A stretch of 64,000 nucleotides of DNA from an uncultured bacterium (GCA_964607485.1 CAZSKP010000004.1:1-64000); one strand, 5' to 3'. Positions 19,293 through 29,596 are shown, numbered from the stretch's first letter. Made by a program: numbers and translations. Notes: generated from the letters alone by a model not told the origin.

Positions 19293-20093
19293 TCAAGTTC
19301 CCGTTGTCACGACAGCCCTGGTCGTTTTTCCTTGCAGGGCGTCCTCGACGAGCGGGCCCAGGACTATGCCGGTTTCCAGTGTGACGATTGGAAGGACGAT
19401 TGCGCGAAGACGCTGGAAGAACCGGTCCACGTTGGCAACGGTGCTGGCGGGCACATACACAATGTCTCCGCCCCGCAACGCCACATTATCGCTCACGACT
19501 CCTTTTTCAAGCGCCTGCTTCATATCCAGCAGCGCCAGTTGCGGCTCACCCGCGCCTCCCCTTATCAATACGACGCTGTTCGAGGCGGCGTCCAGGGTGA
19601 ATCCCTGCGCTCCCGATATCGCCTCGACCACGTTCATGGAACCGACGATGGGGAAGACTCCCGGCCTGTTCACTTCGCCCAGGACAAACACCTTCTGGTT
19701 TACGTAGGAACTGACGCTCACGGTCACCTGAGGGTTGACCAGATATTCGGACAAGCCTTCTGCGATGGTCTCTCTCAACTCCGTGATGCTCAGGCCGGCG
19801 GCCTTGACGTCTCCGACCAGCGGATAATGCAGCTCTCCGGCGGGGCTGACCCTCTGGGTCAGGTTGAGATCGTCGTTTCTCCACACCGTTATCGCAACTT
19901 CGTCCCCGGGGCCCAGTATGAACTTGGCCGGCCTGGGAGTTTCGGAGATCTCCTGAGCGCTGACCGGCTCCAGTCCCACAGCCTTGTCGGTCCTGGCGCA
20001 GCCATACGATGCGAGGCACAAGGCCGCCGCGACCAGCAGCGATAGTCCCCCTGAAGCGCGAAATCGTTTGAAATCCGATGGAAATCTGATCAT
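19293..20093 (-). CDS. wza: Polysaccharide export lipoprotein (Wza/Poly_export + SLBB)
   Basis: Lipobox-like ASYGC; ILGPGD, G.L.YPLVG.VKAAGL, VLGEVNRPG, LRGGDIVYVP. Confidence 0.88.
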   Translation of the reverse strand: MIRFPSDFKRFRASGGLSLLVAAALCLASYGCARTDKAVGLEPVSAQEISETPRPAKFILGPGDEVAITVWRNDDLNLTQRVSPAGELHYPLVGDVKAAGLSITELRETIAEGLSEYLVNPQVTVSVSSYVNQKVFVLGEVNRPGVFPIVGSMNVVEAISGAQGFTLDAASNSVVLIRGGAGEPQLALLDMKQALEKGVVSDNVALRGGDIVYVPASTVANVDRFFQRLRAIVLPIVTLETGIVLGPLVEDALQGKTTRAVVTTGT

Positions 20094-20416
20094 ATGCCAC
20101 CCTATCCCTAAAAAGAGACGGCAATAACCCCGGCACAGAAAATACGGTCAATACACACTACCACAAATCCTTCCAAATTTCCAACCGGGCCAAAACCAGG
20201 CTCGTCCGGCTGGGCCACGCATCGTAAGCGCACATCCGGAGATTCCGGCTTTTATCGCAGCGGCTGCTGAACCCGATGCGAAAAGTGCTTGAAATCGCGG
20301 CACTGGGCGATTATGATGTACAAAGCTCAAGGTGTTGCCCCATCCGCCCTCTATTGAGCCCGGCAAGAACAATGTCCTATTTGGTTGTGGCGCCTCCGTA
20401 GATGTCAAACAATGCT

Positions 20417-20510
20417 GTCATTCCCATGGAGGCGGGAATCCGTGACGTTTCGCCGATGCGTGGATTCCCGTTCCCCGATCGGGGTCGAGGACAAGTTTCA
20501 CGGGAATGAC
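20417..20510. repeat. REP-like palindromic element (GTCATTCCC...GGGAATGAC type)
   Basis: Terminal inverted repeats GTCATTCCC/GGGAATGAC, inner GGGAATCC/GGATTCCC and CCCCGATCGGGG palindrome. Confidence 0.8.
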
Positions 20511-20538
20511 GACAAGGGGCGGGACTTAACTTATTTGA

Positions 20539-21804
20539 ATGCACAAAGTAGGGAATTCGGGCTTGAAGAAGACGATCGTGATTATCGGAACACTCGATAC
20601 AAGAGGCGACGAGGTAAATTTCCTTAAAGGCCTGATCGAGAACAGGGGCCACTCTGTCATAACGGTGGATGCAGGCGTCATGGGCCGACCGTTGTTTGCG
20701 GGCGATTTCACCAGGGAAAAGGTCGCGGAAGCAGGCGGCGGGAGCCTTGAGGAACTTGTCAGGGCGGCCGAGCGGGGCGCCGACAGGTACGAAGCATCGA
20801 AAGTCATGATTGAAGGGGTCAGGAAGATCGCCGCCAACCTGCATTCGGAGGGGAAACTCGACGGCATAATGAGCCTCGGCGGCAGCACGGGAGCGACATT
20901 GGGAGCAGCAGCCATGCGAGCGCTTCCGACGGGCATCCCGAAACTCATAGTCACCACCTTCATCAATTCGGCTCCGATAGGCGACGCAGACATAACGGTG
21001 ATGCAGACTCCCGTGGACCTCGTCGGCCTCAACAGGATAGTAAAGAAGGCTTTATCGAATGCGGCCGGAGCCATCGCCGGCATGGTGGAACAGGAACTCT
21101 CAGAGTCAGAAGAAAAGATGGTGGTCGGAATAACGGCGCTGGGGGTGACGACTCCGGCAGTCCAGAACGTCATCTCCCGCCTTGAGAAGAAAGGCTATGA
21201 TTCGACGGTGTTTCACGCCAAGACGGCTGAGCTCGACGAGTTGATAGAAGAGGGGACGATCGGCGCGGTAATCGACCTCACGTCTTTCGAGACGGTTCCC
21301 ATGACGCTTTACTCGGACGAGATGGTTTCCCTGCTCGTAGGGTCACCCGACGTTCGCAGGACCCGGCTCGATAGTGCGAACAGGAAGGGGCTGCCGCAGA
21401 TAATCGCTCCCGGCGGGCTCGATATGCATATCTTTCCCGGGACCGGAATAGACTCCGTCCCTTCCGAATACCGCGACCGGGCATGGACCATGCATGGGGA
21501 GAACATAGTCCTGTTCCGAACCAGCAAGGATGAATTGGAGAAGATAGCGCACAGCATCGCCGAAAGGATACACAAGGCGAAGGGACCGGTGGTCGTGTTG
21601 ATTCCGCTGCGCGGCTTCTCCGAGGCGAGCAGAAGAGGCGCTCCGCTTTACGACCCCGAAGCTGACCGGGCCTTTATTGATGCGCTTAAGAGGAATGTGC
21701 ATCAAGGAATCCCGATAATTGAGATTGACTGCCATATAAACGACAATGAGTTCGCAGCTCAGGTGGAGAATACATTCGATGAACTGATTTCCGGGCGGGG
21801 GTGA
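20539..21804 (+). CDS. Tm-1-like ATP-binding domain protein (UPF0261)
   Basis: IGTLDTRG.E, GGS.G, LP.GIPKLIV, D..GLN, GVTTP, PG.LDM, PLRGFS, HIND.EFA. Confidence 0.88.
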   Translation: MHKVGNSGLKKTIVIIGTLDTRGDEVNFLKGLIENRGHSVITVDAGVMGRPLFAGDFTREKVAEAGGGSLEELVRAAERGADRYEASKVMIEGVRKIAANLHSEGKLDGIMSLGGSTGATLGAAAMRALPTGIPKLIVTTFINSAPIGDADITVMQTPVDLVGLNRIVKKALSNAAGAIAGMVEQELSESEEKMVVGITALGVTTPAVQNVISRLEKKGYDSTVFHAKTAELDELIEEGTIGAVIDLTSFETVPMTLYSDEMVSLLVGSPDVRRTRLDSANRKGLPQIIAPGGLDMHIFPGTGIDSVPSEYRDRAWTMHGENIVLFRTSKDELEKIAHSIAERIHKAKGPVVVLIPLRGFSEASRRGAPLYDPEADRAFIDALKRNVHQGIPIIEIDCHINDNEFAAQVENTFDELISGRG

Positions 21805-21808
21805 GACC

Positions 21809-22678
21809 ATGGGTGTGAAGGTGACCAGACAGCAGATACTCGACAGGCTCCGGAAGGAGAGCGACGAAAACCGGCCCATCTTTGGCGCCGGATGCAGCGC
21901 CGGAATAATTGCGAAGTGCGCCGAGCTCGGCAAGGCGGACCTCATCATCGTTTACAGCACCGGGAAGACAAGAATGATGGGGCTTCCGACGACGATAATC
22001 GGCCCTTCAAATCCCATCACGCTGGACATGGCGGATGAATTGATGAACGTCGTGAAGAACACGCCCATCATCGCCGGCGTCGAGGCCAATGACCCGTTTC
22101 ACCTTGATTTGGAGGCGTCGTTGAAACGCTTCGTCGATAAGGGATTCAACGGAGTGATAAATTTTCCGACGGTCGGCCTCTATGAGAACCTCATAGAGGG
22201 GGGGATGGCCCTCAGGAAGTTTACCGAAAACATGGCGCACGGCTACGGCGTCGAGCATTGGGGATGGCCGAGAGAGGTCGAGATGGTTCGTCTGTTGCGG
22301 GAGATGGACATATTCACCATGGCCTATGTCTTCACTCCGGTGGATGCGGCCGATATGGCCAAGGCGGGTGTCGATGTGATATGCGTCCACGTCGGACCGA
22401 CGATGGGAGGTCTGACCGGATTTGCCGAATTGGAGGATATGGACGCGCTCCTCAAGAAATCACAGGAGACGATCGAGACGGCCAGAAAGGAAAATCCCGA
22501 GGTCATCTCCCTGATACACGGAGGGCCCTTTTATGACCCGGAGAGCACGGCGGTCATATACGAGAAAACCGACGCGCAGGGATTCGTCGGCGCCTCCGCC
22601 ATTGAGCGAACCCCGATAGAAAGAGCCGTGGTGGAAACGTGCCAGGGATTCAAGAGCCATACATTGACGAGGCGCTAG
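21809..22678 (+). CDS. TIM-barrel phosphoenolpyruvate-hydrolase-like protein (partner of UPF0261)
   Basis: G.G.SAG..AK, DLII.YSTG..RM.G, F.GV.NFPTVG, H.G.T.GG, HGGP, GF.GAS..ER.P.E. Confidence 0.88.
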   Translation: MGVKVTRQQILDRLRKESDENRPIFGAGCSAGIIAKCAELGKADLIIVYSTGKTRMMGLPTTIIGPSNPITLDMADELMNVVKNTPIIAGVEANDPFHLDLEASLKRFVDKGFNGVINFPTVGLYENLIEGGMALRKFTENMAHGYGVEHWGWPREVEMVRLLREMDIFTMAYVFTPVDAADMAKAGVDVICVHVGPTMGGLTGFAELEDMDALLKKSQETIETARKENPEVISLIHGGPFYDPESTAVIYEKTDAQGFVGASAIERTPIERAVVETCQGFKSHTLTRR

Positions 22679-22730
22679 AACAGGCCATGGATATTTTCCT
22701 TCCAATCAATCTGAGACTAAGGCGGAACAA

Positions 22731-24071
22731 ATGAAACAACGCAGAGTAATCGTCAGGAAGTGCAAAGAATACGAGCCGACCGCGATAGCGGGAATAATAC
22801 GCGAGGGCATGCAGGACCTTGGCGAGAAGCCGTCCGGCAGGATATTGATCAAGCCCAATGTCGTCATGGCAAATACCGACTATGTGCACCATTCATACAC
22901 CGAACCCCGAGTGGTCGAGGGCATGGTCAACGTCCTGCGCGAGCACGATGCCGACGCCGACATCAGAGTCGGCGAATCAGGCGGCATCGGCATGCCGACG
23001 CGGCTGATGTTTACCGACTCGGGATATCGCAGATTGGCAAAGAGACTGAATGTGCCACTCAGGAATTTCAATACCGAGAGGACGGAACGAGTCGAGTTGT
23101 CCAGGGCCAAATGGCATACGACCATGCTGGTCGCAAAGTCGCTTTATGAAGCGGAATATAAAATATGGATGCCGAAGCTCAAATACCATATTGTCTGTCA
23201 GATTACGAATGCGCTGAAGCTTAATATCGGCATCCTGACACACAAGGAAAGGTTTCTCTATCACGACGACAGGCTGAACGAAAAGATAGTGGACCTGCTC
23301 GAGATGGGATATCCGAATCTGATTGTGACCGACGCGATAACCATCGGACACGGCTTCGAGTCGAGCCCGTATCCGTTCCATCTGGGTGTCATAATGATTT
23401 CCAACGACCCGCTTGCGGTGGACATGGTGGCCGCCCGCATATTGAACTATCAGCCCGAAGAGGTGCTGCACCTCGTCGAGGCATCCGCCAGGGGATACGG
23501 CTCTCTCGACTTCGACGACATAGAGATAACCGGCGATGCGGACCTCGGAGAATTAGCCAACAAGACCAGCAAAATCGAGCCGCCCTACCCGGCTCATTTC
23601 AGCCTGCATATGGTGAAGACGCCTATCAAGTTTTATGAAGGAATGAACCGCGACACAGGAAATATCTGTTATGGCGGGTGCATCTGCTCCATAAAGGGCG
23701 CGCTCGGAACAGCGGAGAAAAGATATCCCGGCACACTCGCGCATGCAACAGAAGGCGCAATCGTGATGGGTTACTACAAGGGAGATGTGATTCATCCCGG
23801 CCAGCCCGTTGCGCTCATAGGAACATGCGCCGGCGTAGAAGGCAAACTTGTGGCCAGCAGAGTCTATCGCATCAAGGGCTGTCCCCCGATGGTTGCAAAT
23901 CTGGCCATCTCGCTGCTGCACAAGTTTAACATCAAGAGCCCTGCATTCGAAATCGCCAACATTGCGAAAATCGCCTACCATTTTATGGTTGAAAAATTCA
24001 TGAGGACGCTTATTCCTTTCTCCGAGAAAATCAGCCCGAAACAAGGGGAGTGTCGGGAGCCGACGCGCTGA
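22731..24071 (+). CDS. DUF362-domain iron-sulfur protein
   Basis: LIKPNVV, VGES, PKLKYH, T.ALK..IG, D.LAVD; C-terminal CYGGC, GTC, GCPP. Confidence 0.8.
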   Translation: MKQRRVIVRKCKEYEPTAIAGIIREGMQDLGEKPSGRILIKPNVVMANTDYVHHSYTEPRVVEGMVNVLREHDADADIRVGESGGIGMPTRLMFTDSGYRRLAKRLNVPLRNFNTERTERVELSRAKWHTTMLVAKSLYEAEYKIWMPKLKYHIVCQITNALKLNIGILTHKERFLYHDDRLNEKIVDLLEMGYPNLIVTDAITIGHGFESSPYPFHLGVIMISNDPLAVDMVAARILNYQPEEVLHLVEASARGYGSLDFDDIEITGDADLGELANKTSKIEPPYPAHFSLHMVKTPIKFYEGMNRDTGNICYGGCICSIKGALGTAEKRYPGTLAHATEGAIVMGYYKGDVIHPGQPVALIGTCAGVEGKLVASRVYRIKGCPPMVANLAISLLHKFNIKSPAFEIANIAKIAYHFMVEKFMRTLIPFSEKISPKQGECREPTR

Positions 24072-24099
24072 AAGCCGCCCGTCAGAGGAGGTTCCCTCA

Positions 24100-25359
24100 A
24101 TGACGCAAGGATTGCTGTTCACACCTATCCGCATCGGCAGGCTGGAGCTGCCGGGGCGCTTGGTGAAATCTGCGACAACCGAGACTCGCTGCACCCCCGA
24201 CGGTTTCGTTACCGACGAACTCATCGAATATTATGAACAGATAGCGCGCGGCGGCACCCCGCTTCTTATCACCGGAAACGCATACTTCAACCTGTACTCG
24301 AACGCAGGCCCGCGGCAGCTCGGCGCAGACAGCGACGACAAGATTCCCGGCCTCCGCCGCCTCGCAGACGCCGTCCATCGCCATAGCTCGAAGGTATTCA
24401 TGCAAATCTACCATGTCGGCCGCCAGGCCATCCCGCGTTTTGTCGGGCGTAAGGACGCCGTCGCTCCCTCCGCCGTCTTTGAGCCGTCTCTCGGAGTGCG
24501 TCCGCGCGAAATCACGCGGGATGAGATCCAAGAAACCGTTCAGGGATTCGCCGACGCATGCGCCCGCGCGCAGGAGGCGGGATTCGACGGCATCCAAATC
24601 CATGCCGCGCACGGCTACCTGCTCAGCGCATTTCTCACGCCCCACACAAACCGCCGCACCGACGAATACGGCGGCTCGTTCGAGAACCGCATCCGCCTGC
24701 TGGTCGAGGTGTATCGCGCGATCCGCCGGCGGGTTGGAGATGAGTATCCGATCATCATGAAGCTCAACGGCTCCGACGATCTCTCACTGCGCAAAGGGTT
24801 GAAGCCGGAGGATTTGGTAAAGGTTGCCCAGCGCATGCAGGACGAGGGTGTTGACGCGGTAGAGATTACCGCGGGACATTATGAATCGGGATTTACCTTC
24901 GAGCGAGGTAATTGGAAGGGATTCTTCTCGACGGTCACGACTATCGGAATGGGAACCAACCTGCCGTGGTATCATCGGCTGTCAGCGCGCGCGATGGCTC
25001 CGGTCCTGGACTGGGGACTCAATCGAATCGCGGGGTATAGCGAAGGCTTCAACCTGCGATACTCGAAGCTTTTCAAGCAAGCGCTCGGCATTCCCGTGAT
25101 CTGCGTCGGCGGCTTCGTACATCGCGAGGCGATGGAGCAGGCGATAGCCGGCGGCGAATGCGATATGGTCTCGGTCGCCCGCGCCCTCATTGCCGACCCT
25201 TTCTTATACCGGCACATGCAGGAAGGAAGAGAAGGACCCCAATGCGACTTCTGCAACGCATGCTACGCGCGCGGCGCAATGTGGCCGGTTGACTGCTACA
25301 ATGAGGAAGTTCGTGCCCGGCGGGACCAAATGTTGCGTGATGAAGGCGAGCGGCCTTGA
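24100..25359 (+). CDS. NADH:flavin oxidoreductase (old yellow enzyme family)
   Basis: GFDGIQIHAAHGYLLS.FL.P..NRRTDEYGGS.ENR; C-terminal CDFCNAC...C. Confidence 0.92.
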   Translation: MTQGLLFTPIRIGRLELPGRLVKSATTETRCTPDGFVTDELIEYYEQIARGGTPLLITGNAYFNLYSNAGPRQLGADSDDKIPGLRRLADAVHRHSSKVFMQIYHVGRQAIPRFVGRKDAVAPSAVFEPSLGVRPREITRDEIQETVQGFADACARAQEAGFDGIQIHAAHGYLLSAFLTPHTNRRTDEYGGSFENRIRLLVEVYRAIRRRVGDEYPIIMKLNGSDDLSLRKGLKPEDLVKVAQRMQDEGVDAVEITAGHYESGFTFERGNWKGFFSTVTTIGMGTNLPWYHRLSARAMAPVLDWGLNRIAGYSEGFNLRYSKLFKQALGIPVICVGGFVHREAMEQAIAGGECDMVSVARALIADPFLYRHMQEGREGPQCDFCNACYARGAMWPVDCYNEEVRARRDQMLRDEGERP

Positions 25360-25440
25360 ATTTGACCCTCGCTCCATTCGAAACAAAGGAAAGCCTGGAA
25401 GCATAACTCTGGTTGAAGATGTTCTAGAAGGAGATTCTCA

Positions 25441-27057
25441 ATGTCGAGGATACTGATGACCAGAAGAGCTTTGATAAGAATGGGAGCGATGGGGGCTGCC
25501 TCTGTCGGGCTTGCCAGCCTCGGCGTATCTTGCTCGTCGAAGGAAGAGAATCCTGCATCACGCTTCGAATTCAGTCCCGACATCTATGTCGATCCCGAGA
25601 GAGACGCCATACCTGCGAGCGCGGTGATCAAACAGATTCAAGGCTTCAGCGGTCGCAGGCCCAACATAATTGTGATTCTTACCGATGATATGGGGTATGG
25701 GGACCTCGGCTGCTACGGGGGCGAGGCAATCAAGACGCCGAACATCGATAAGTTGGCAAGCGAAGGAATGCGCTTTACCGATTTCTATTCCTCCAGCGCG
25801 GTGTGCTCTCCCTCACGTGCAGGCCTCCTCACCGGCCGGTACGCGCATCGGACGGGAGTGACGTTCCCGATTTCCGCCGCGACGGATACGTTTGGGAGGA
25901 ATATGCTGAGGCGAATCGGGCTCATGTTTGGGTCTTTCGGCGTCCTTGACATGCAAGGCGGAAAAAATATCGCGCCGGGTCTTCCCGCCTCCGAGATCAC
26001 GATTGCCGAGGCGCTGAAACTCGTTGGGTATCAGACTGCATGCATCGGCAAGTGGCACGTTGGAGATTTTGTCAAAGACGCTCAGTATCTGCCGACGAAG
26101 CACGGGTTTGATTACTTCATCGGGTTCAACAGCGCGAACGACGACTGGCCTGTCGCCTTCTGGCGAAATGACACGGAGCTGGTCAAGGATATCGGCATAG
26201 ACCAGGCCCGCTACACCGGCCTTTTCACGAAAGAGGCTGTTGATTTCATAGAACGCTCTAAGGACAAGCCCTTCTTCCTGTATCTCGCGCATAAGGACCC
26301 GCACCAGCCATGCATACCGTCCAAAGAGTTCGAGGGCAGCTCTTCGGGCGGCCCGCACGGAGATACCGTGCAGGAGGTTGATTGGAGCGTTGCCGAGATA
26401 ATGAAATGCCTTCAAAAAAACGGGTTGGAGAACGACACGCTCGTCCTCTTCAGCAGCGATAACGGCCCGTGGTTTAACGGCAGCCCCGGCGCTCTCAGGG
26501 GAAGGAAGGGTCAGAGCTTCGAGGGCGGCTACAGGGTTCCCCTGGTCGCGTGGTGGCCCGGACACATCCCGGCGGGAAGCGTCTGCGCGGAGCCTTCCAT
26601 GAATATCGATTTCTTTCCGACTTTTCTGAGTCTCGCGGGGCTTGAGCTTCCGAGCGATCGCATCATCGACGGCAAGAATATCTGGGGGTTGCTCGCAGGA
26701 TTGGAAGACAAATCCCCTCACGAGGCTCTCTTCTTTTTCCATCACAACGAGCTTGAAGGCGTCAGGGCCGGCAAGTGGAAATACTTCAGATATGTCAATT
26801 CATACGTATGGCCGATCCCACTGGACAAGCCTCATACGTTCGTCGGCAATGTTGCGGCCGGATACGAATACAAGCCGGAAGGGTCTGATGTCGCTATACC
26901 CTCACTGGGCTCGATGCCGTTGCTCTACGACATGGAACTCGACAGTGGAGAAAACTATAATCTCATCAAGAGATACCCCGACGTCGGACAACGGCTCCAG
27001 AAACTGATGGAGCAATGGGAGAGCGAGTTTATCAAGAATCCTCGGGGGTGGCTGTAG
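25441..27057 (+). CDS. Cys-type arylsulfatase, predicted Tat-exported lipoprotein
   Basis: TRRALI twin-Arg and LGVSC lipobox; PNII.IL.DD.GYGD, CSPSRAGLLTG, GKWH, SDNG. Confidence 0.92.
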   Translation: MSRILMTRRALIRMGAMGAASVGLASLGVSCSSKEENPASRFEFSPDIYVDPERDAIPASAVIKQIQGFSGRRPNIIVILTDDMGYGDLGCYGGEAIKTPNIDKLASEGMRFTDFYSSSAVCSPSRAGLLTGRYAHRTGVTFPISAATDTFGRNMLRRIGLMFGSFGVLDMQGGKNIAPGLPASEITIAEALKLVGYQTACIGKWHVGDFVKDAQYLPTKHGFDYFIGFNSANDDWPVAFWRNDTELVKDIGIDQARYTGLFTKEAVDFIERSKDKPFFLYLAHKDPHQPCIPSKEFEGSSSGGPHGDTVQEVDWSVAEIMKCLQKNGLENDTLVLFSSDNGPWFNGSPGALRGRKGQSFEGGYRVPLVAWWPGHIPAGSVCAEPSMNIDFFPTFLSLAGLELPSDRIIDGKNIWGLLAGLEDKSPHEALFFFHHNELEGVRAGKWKYFRYVNSYVWPIPLDKPHTFVGNVAAGYEYKPEGSDVAIPSLGSMPLLYDMELDSGENYNLIKRYPDVGQRLQKLMEQWESEFIKNPRGWL

Positions 27058-27100
27058 AAGTTTCCGGCGGCCTCAAAGCGATTGTGTGCCGCTGAGAGCG

Positions 27101-28030
27101 TCACCTCAGCTTCTTCTCATACCATACCAACTCCGTCTTCGGTTTGAATCCGGTTTTTTCGTAAAGCGAACACGCTGGCTCGTTTTCGCGGTCAACGGTC
27201 AGTTCGACGGTTTGAATGCCTTTGCTCGCCAGGTGTTTCAAACCAGCCCATAAGACTTGTCTTCCTACGCCCCGACGCCGAAACTCCGGCGCCACGCCCA
27301 TCATGTGTATCCGGCCAATCGCCGCGCCGTTCCTCCGTTCCGGCCGGCGTACCTCAGCGGTCCAGCAGTAGCCGACAGCCTTTTCTCCGTGATAGGCCAA
27401 TATGACGCCGTCATGACCGTAGCCACGCGTGTTCAACTGCTGAATGATCTCACGCGTCGTATTCGGACAGAAACCCCAGGAGCCTCCGAACACATGGTTC
27501 TGAAGCCGTGTGAATTCCGCCTCCCCGCCGGCTTTCAGATGACGCAGGGACAGGCCGTCATGCTTTTCAGCAATCGAGACAGGTTCGAGCTCCAGCGTCA
27601 TTTCGGTGTATCGGCGAACCGGCCTGAATCCGAGATCGGCGAACAGATTGCGGGCGGCCCGGTTCTCTTCTCTTAGGTCAGCATGCGCCTTTGCCGCCTT
27701 GAGTTCGCGGGCTCTCTCAAGCGCGGAACGGAGCAGCCCGGCCGCCGTTCCCCGGCCGAGATAACCGGGCATGACCAACAGCCTCAGAACGACTCGGCCA
27801 ATGGCCATTTCCGGAACGACCCGGCACGCGCCAACAATTCTTCCTCCTTCCTCGGCCAGAAACAGATCCTTTTCGGAGAAATCTACGGGTTCGAGCGACT
27901 CACTCGTCAGCGAAGCGAGCAAGAACGTATCTGCGGACTGGCAGACTGATTCGCCCTCGGCATGCAGTCGGACATATTCGTCCAAATCGGCGGGACAATA
28001 GTTTCTTATGACGCAGGAATCGATTCCCAT
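27101..28030 (-). CDS. Tandem-GNAT acetyltransferase, MshD (mycothiol synthase)-like
   Basis: Two GNAT repeats (YLGRG..N.AARNLF..LGF; GRIHMMGVAPEFRRRGVG..VELTVDREN.PA..LYEKTGF). Confidence 0.75.
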   Translation of the reverse strand: MGIDSCVIRNYCPADLDEYVRLHAEGESVCQSADTFLLASLTSESLEPVDFSEKDLFLAEEGGRIVGACRVVPEMAIGRVVLRLLVMPGYLGRGTAAGLLRSALERARELKAAKAHADLREENRAARNLFADLGFRPVRRYTEMTLELEPVSIAEKHDGLSLRHLKAGGEAEFTRLQNHVFGGSWGFCPNTTREIIQQLNTRGYGHDGVILAYHGEKAVGYCWTAEVRRPERRNGAAIGRIHMMGVAPEFRRRGVGRQVLWAGLKHLASKGIQTVELTVDRENEPACSLYEKTGFKPKTELVWYEKKLR

Positions 28031-28061
28031 TGGGGCTGCTACGGGCGCTGGGGCGGTGTGT

Positions 28062-28856
28062 CTAGTCCAACTTCACAACCCGCTCGCCGGCTTTCGGGCC
28101 ATCCGTCGGTGGACCGGCAAAGCACTGTGCCTTCAGCATCCAGTCGCGGGCCGTGTCACCGACGACTTCGAGCCGCGTGTCGTCCACATGCCGCCTTTGC
28201 GCTACGACCAGGCAGAAATCTTCGGCGGGGCCGCTTATCTTTTCCGAGGCATCCTCCGGTCCCCATGTCCAGACGGTTCCCGAAGGAGCGGTGAGTTCCA
28301 CGCGCACCTGTGTTTGGGGAACCTCAAGGCCGCGGTTTGTGTAGCTCCAGCCGAACGTGGTCACGCCGAGGTGGGCGATGTGGCGCAGGCGGTCGGTATT
28401 CGTGCGCTTCAATCGGAGGGCGTCAAACACGTCCTGGCCGTGAGCCCAGGTCTCCATCAGCCGCGCCGTCGCGTGAGACAGAGCGCTCATGGGCGGACCA
28501 TACCAGGGCAGCCGGTCTTTCTTGCCGAGGGCTGCGTAGGCCTCCAGCATCTTTTTCCGTTCTCTCCGCCACCAGCTCATCAATTCTTCTATCGACATAT
28601 TCTTGCCGACGTCGTCAAGCATTTTGATGAACTTGCTGAGGTCGCTCATTACTTCCTGAAGGTGCTTGCCGAACGCATCCGCATCGGAGGCTGCAAGCGC
28701 GGCCCTATCGTCGAAATACGCCAGATGACGCACCTGGTCTTTAATGTTCCATCCCGGCGAAGGCGTCATGAGCATCCATTTCTCTTCGGCCAGGTCGGCC
28801 AGAACGGCCTCCAGGGCGTCATGTTCAGCTCTCAAATCCTCACAGATTTGTTTCAT
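28062..28856 (-). CDS. TIGR03084-like metal-binding protein (DinB/mycothiol-dependent maleylpyruvate isomerase superfamily)
   Basis: TPSPGW.IKDQV.HLA.FD, PWYGPPMS, ARLMETWAHGQD, RHIAHLGV, AQCFAGPP. Confidence 0.85.
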   Translation of the reverse strand: MKQICEDLRAEHDALEAVLADLAEEKWMLMTPSPGWNIKDQVRHLAYFDDRAALAASDADAFGKHLQEVMSDLSKFIKMLDDVGKNMSIEELMSWWRRERKKMLEAYAALGKKDRLPWYGPPMSALSHATARLMETWAHGQDVFDALRLKRTNTDRLRHIAHLGVTTFGWSYTNRGLEVPQTQVRVELTAPSGTVWTWGPEDASEKISGPAEDFCLVVAQRRHVDDTRLEVVGDTARDWMLKAQCFAGPPTDGPKAGERVVKLD

Positions 28857-28879
28857 CGCTGTCCTCTCTCTATCTGGGC

Positions 28880-29584
28880 TTAGTAACGAACCTCCACCCG
28901 ATGAAAAGCCTCGGCGAGTTCAAACGATTCCCCCTCCGCCATTTCCCGATTGCGCCGCCTGAGCCACTCCATCCATTCCGCCGGCTCGAACTGGCCGACC
29001 TGGCTCTTGTGACAACGAAGGGCGGCGACCTTCAATTCAAATGTGTCCGAAATGTCGGAGCGATAGTCTATTTCATCGGCGCCCCAGAACAGCATCTCCT
29101 TGACCTTATGCGGTTCCAGCCCCTCCTTCAACAGGTCAGGGTATGCCAGGTGGTCTCTGGCGAACGGAAAGACTGCGTCCAAAACGACCTGTCCGGTGAT
29201 CCTGTGGTCGCGGTGCCAGAGATACCGCCGATATGGGTCCGTGGTCACGACCACTTCCGGCCGGTATCTTCTGATTTCTCGCACCAGATCCTTGCGAAAT
29301 TCAGGCGTATCTTCCAAGCTTTGATCCGGGTATCGCAGGAACACGACCTCACCTACCCCCAGCACCTGCGCGGCTTCTCTCTGCTCGGCTTCACGGATTT
29401 TGGCCAATGTCTCCGGCTTCATGTCTCGGTCGCCGGTGCCCTTGCTGCCATCCGTGCAGATGACGTACACGACTTCTTTTGATTCGCGTATCCATCGAGC
29501 TACCGTGCCGGCAGCGCCTAATTCCGCATCATCCGGATGCGGGCTCACGACCATGGCATAGAACGGGGGATCCGGATTCGACAT
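28880..29584 (-). CDS. PIG-L/LmbE-family N-deacetylase (MshB/BshB-like)
   Basis: PHPDDAE, TDG.KG, R..E...A...LG, HRDH, HKSQ, AEAF. Confidence 0.9.
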   Translation of the reverse strand: MSNPDPPFYAMVVSPHPDDAELGAAGTVARWIRESKEVVYVICTDGSKGTGDRDMKPETLAKIREAEQREAAQVLGVGEVVFLRYPDQSLEDTPEFRKDLVREIRRYRPEVVVTTDPYRRYLWHRDHRITGQVVLDAVFPFARDHLAYPDLLKEGLEPHKVKEMLFWGADEIDYRSDISDTFELKVAALRCHKSQVGQFEPAEWMEWLRRRNREMAEGESFELAEAFHRVEVRY

Positions 29585-29596
29585 GGCGGTTCCTTG

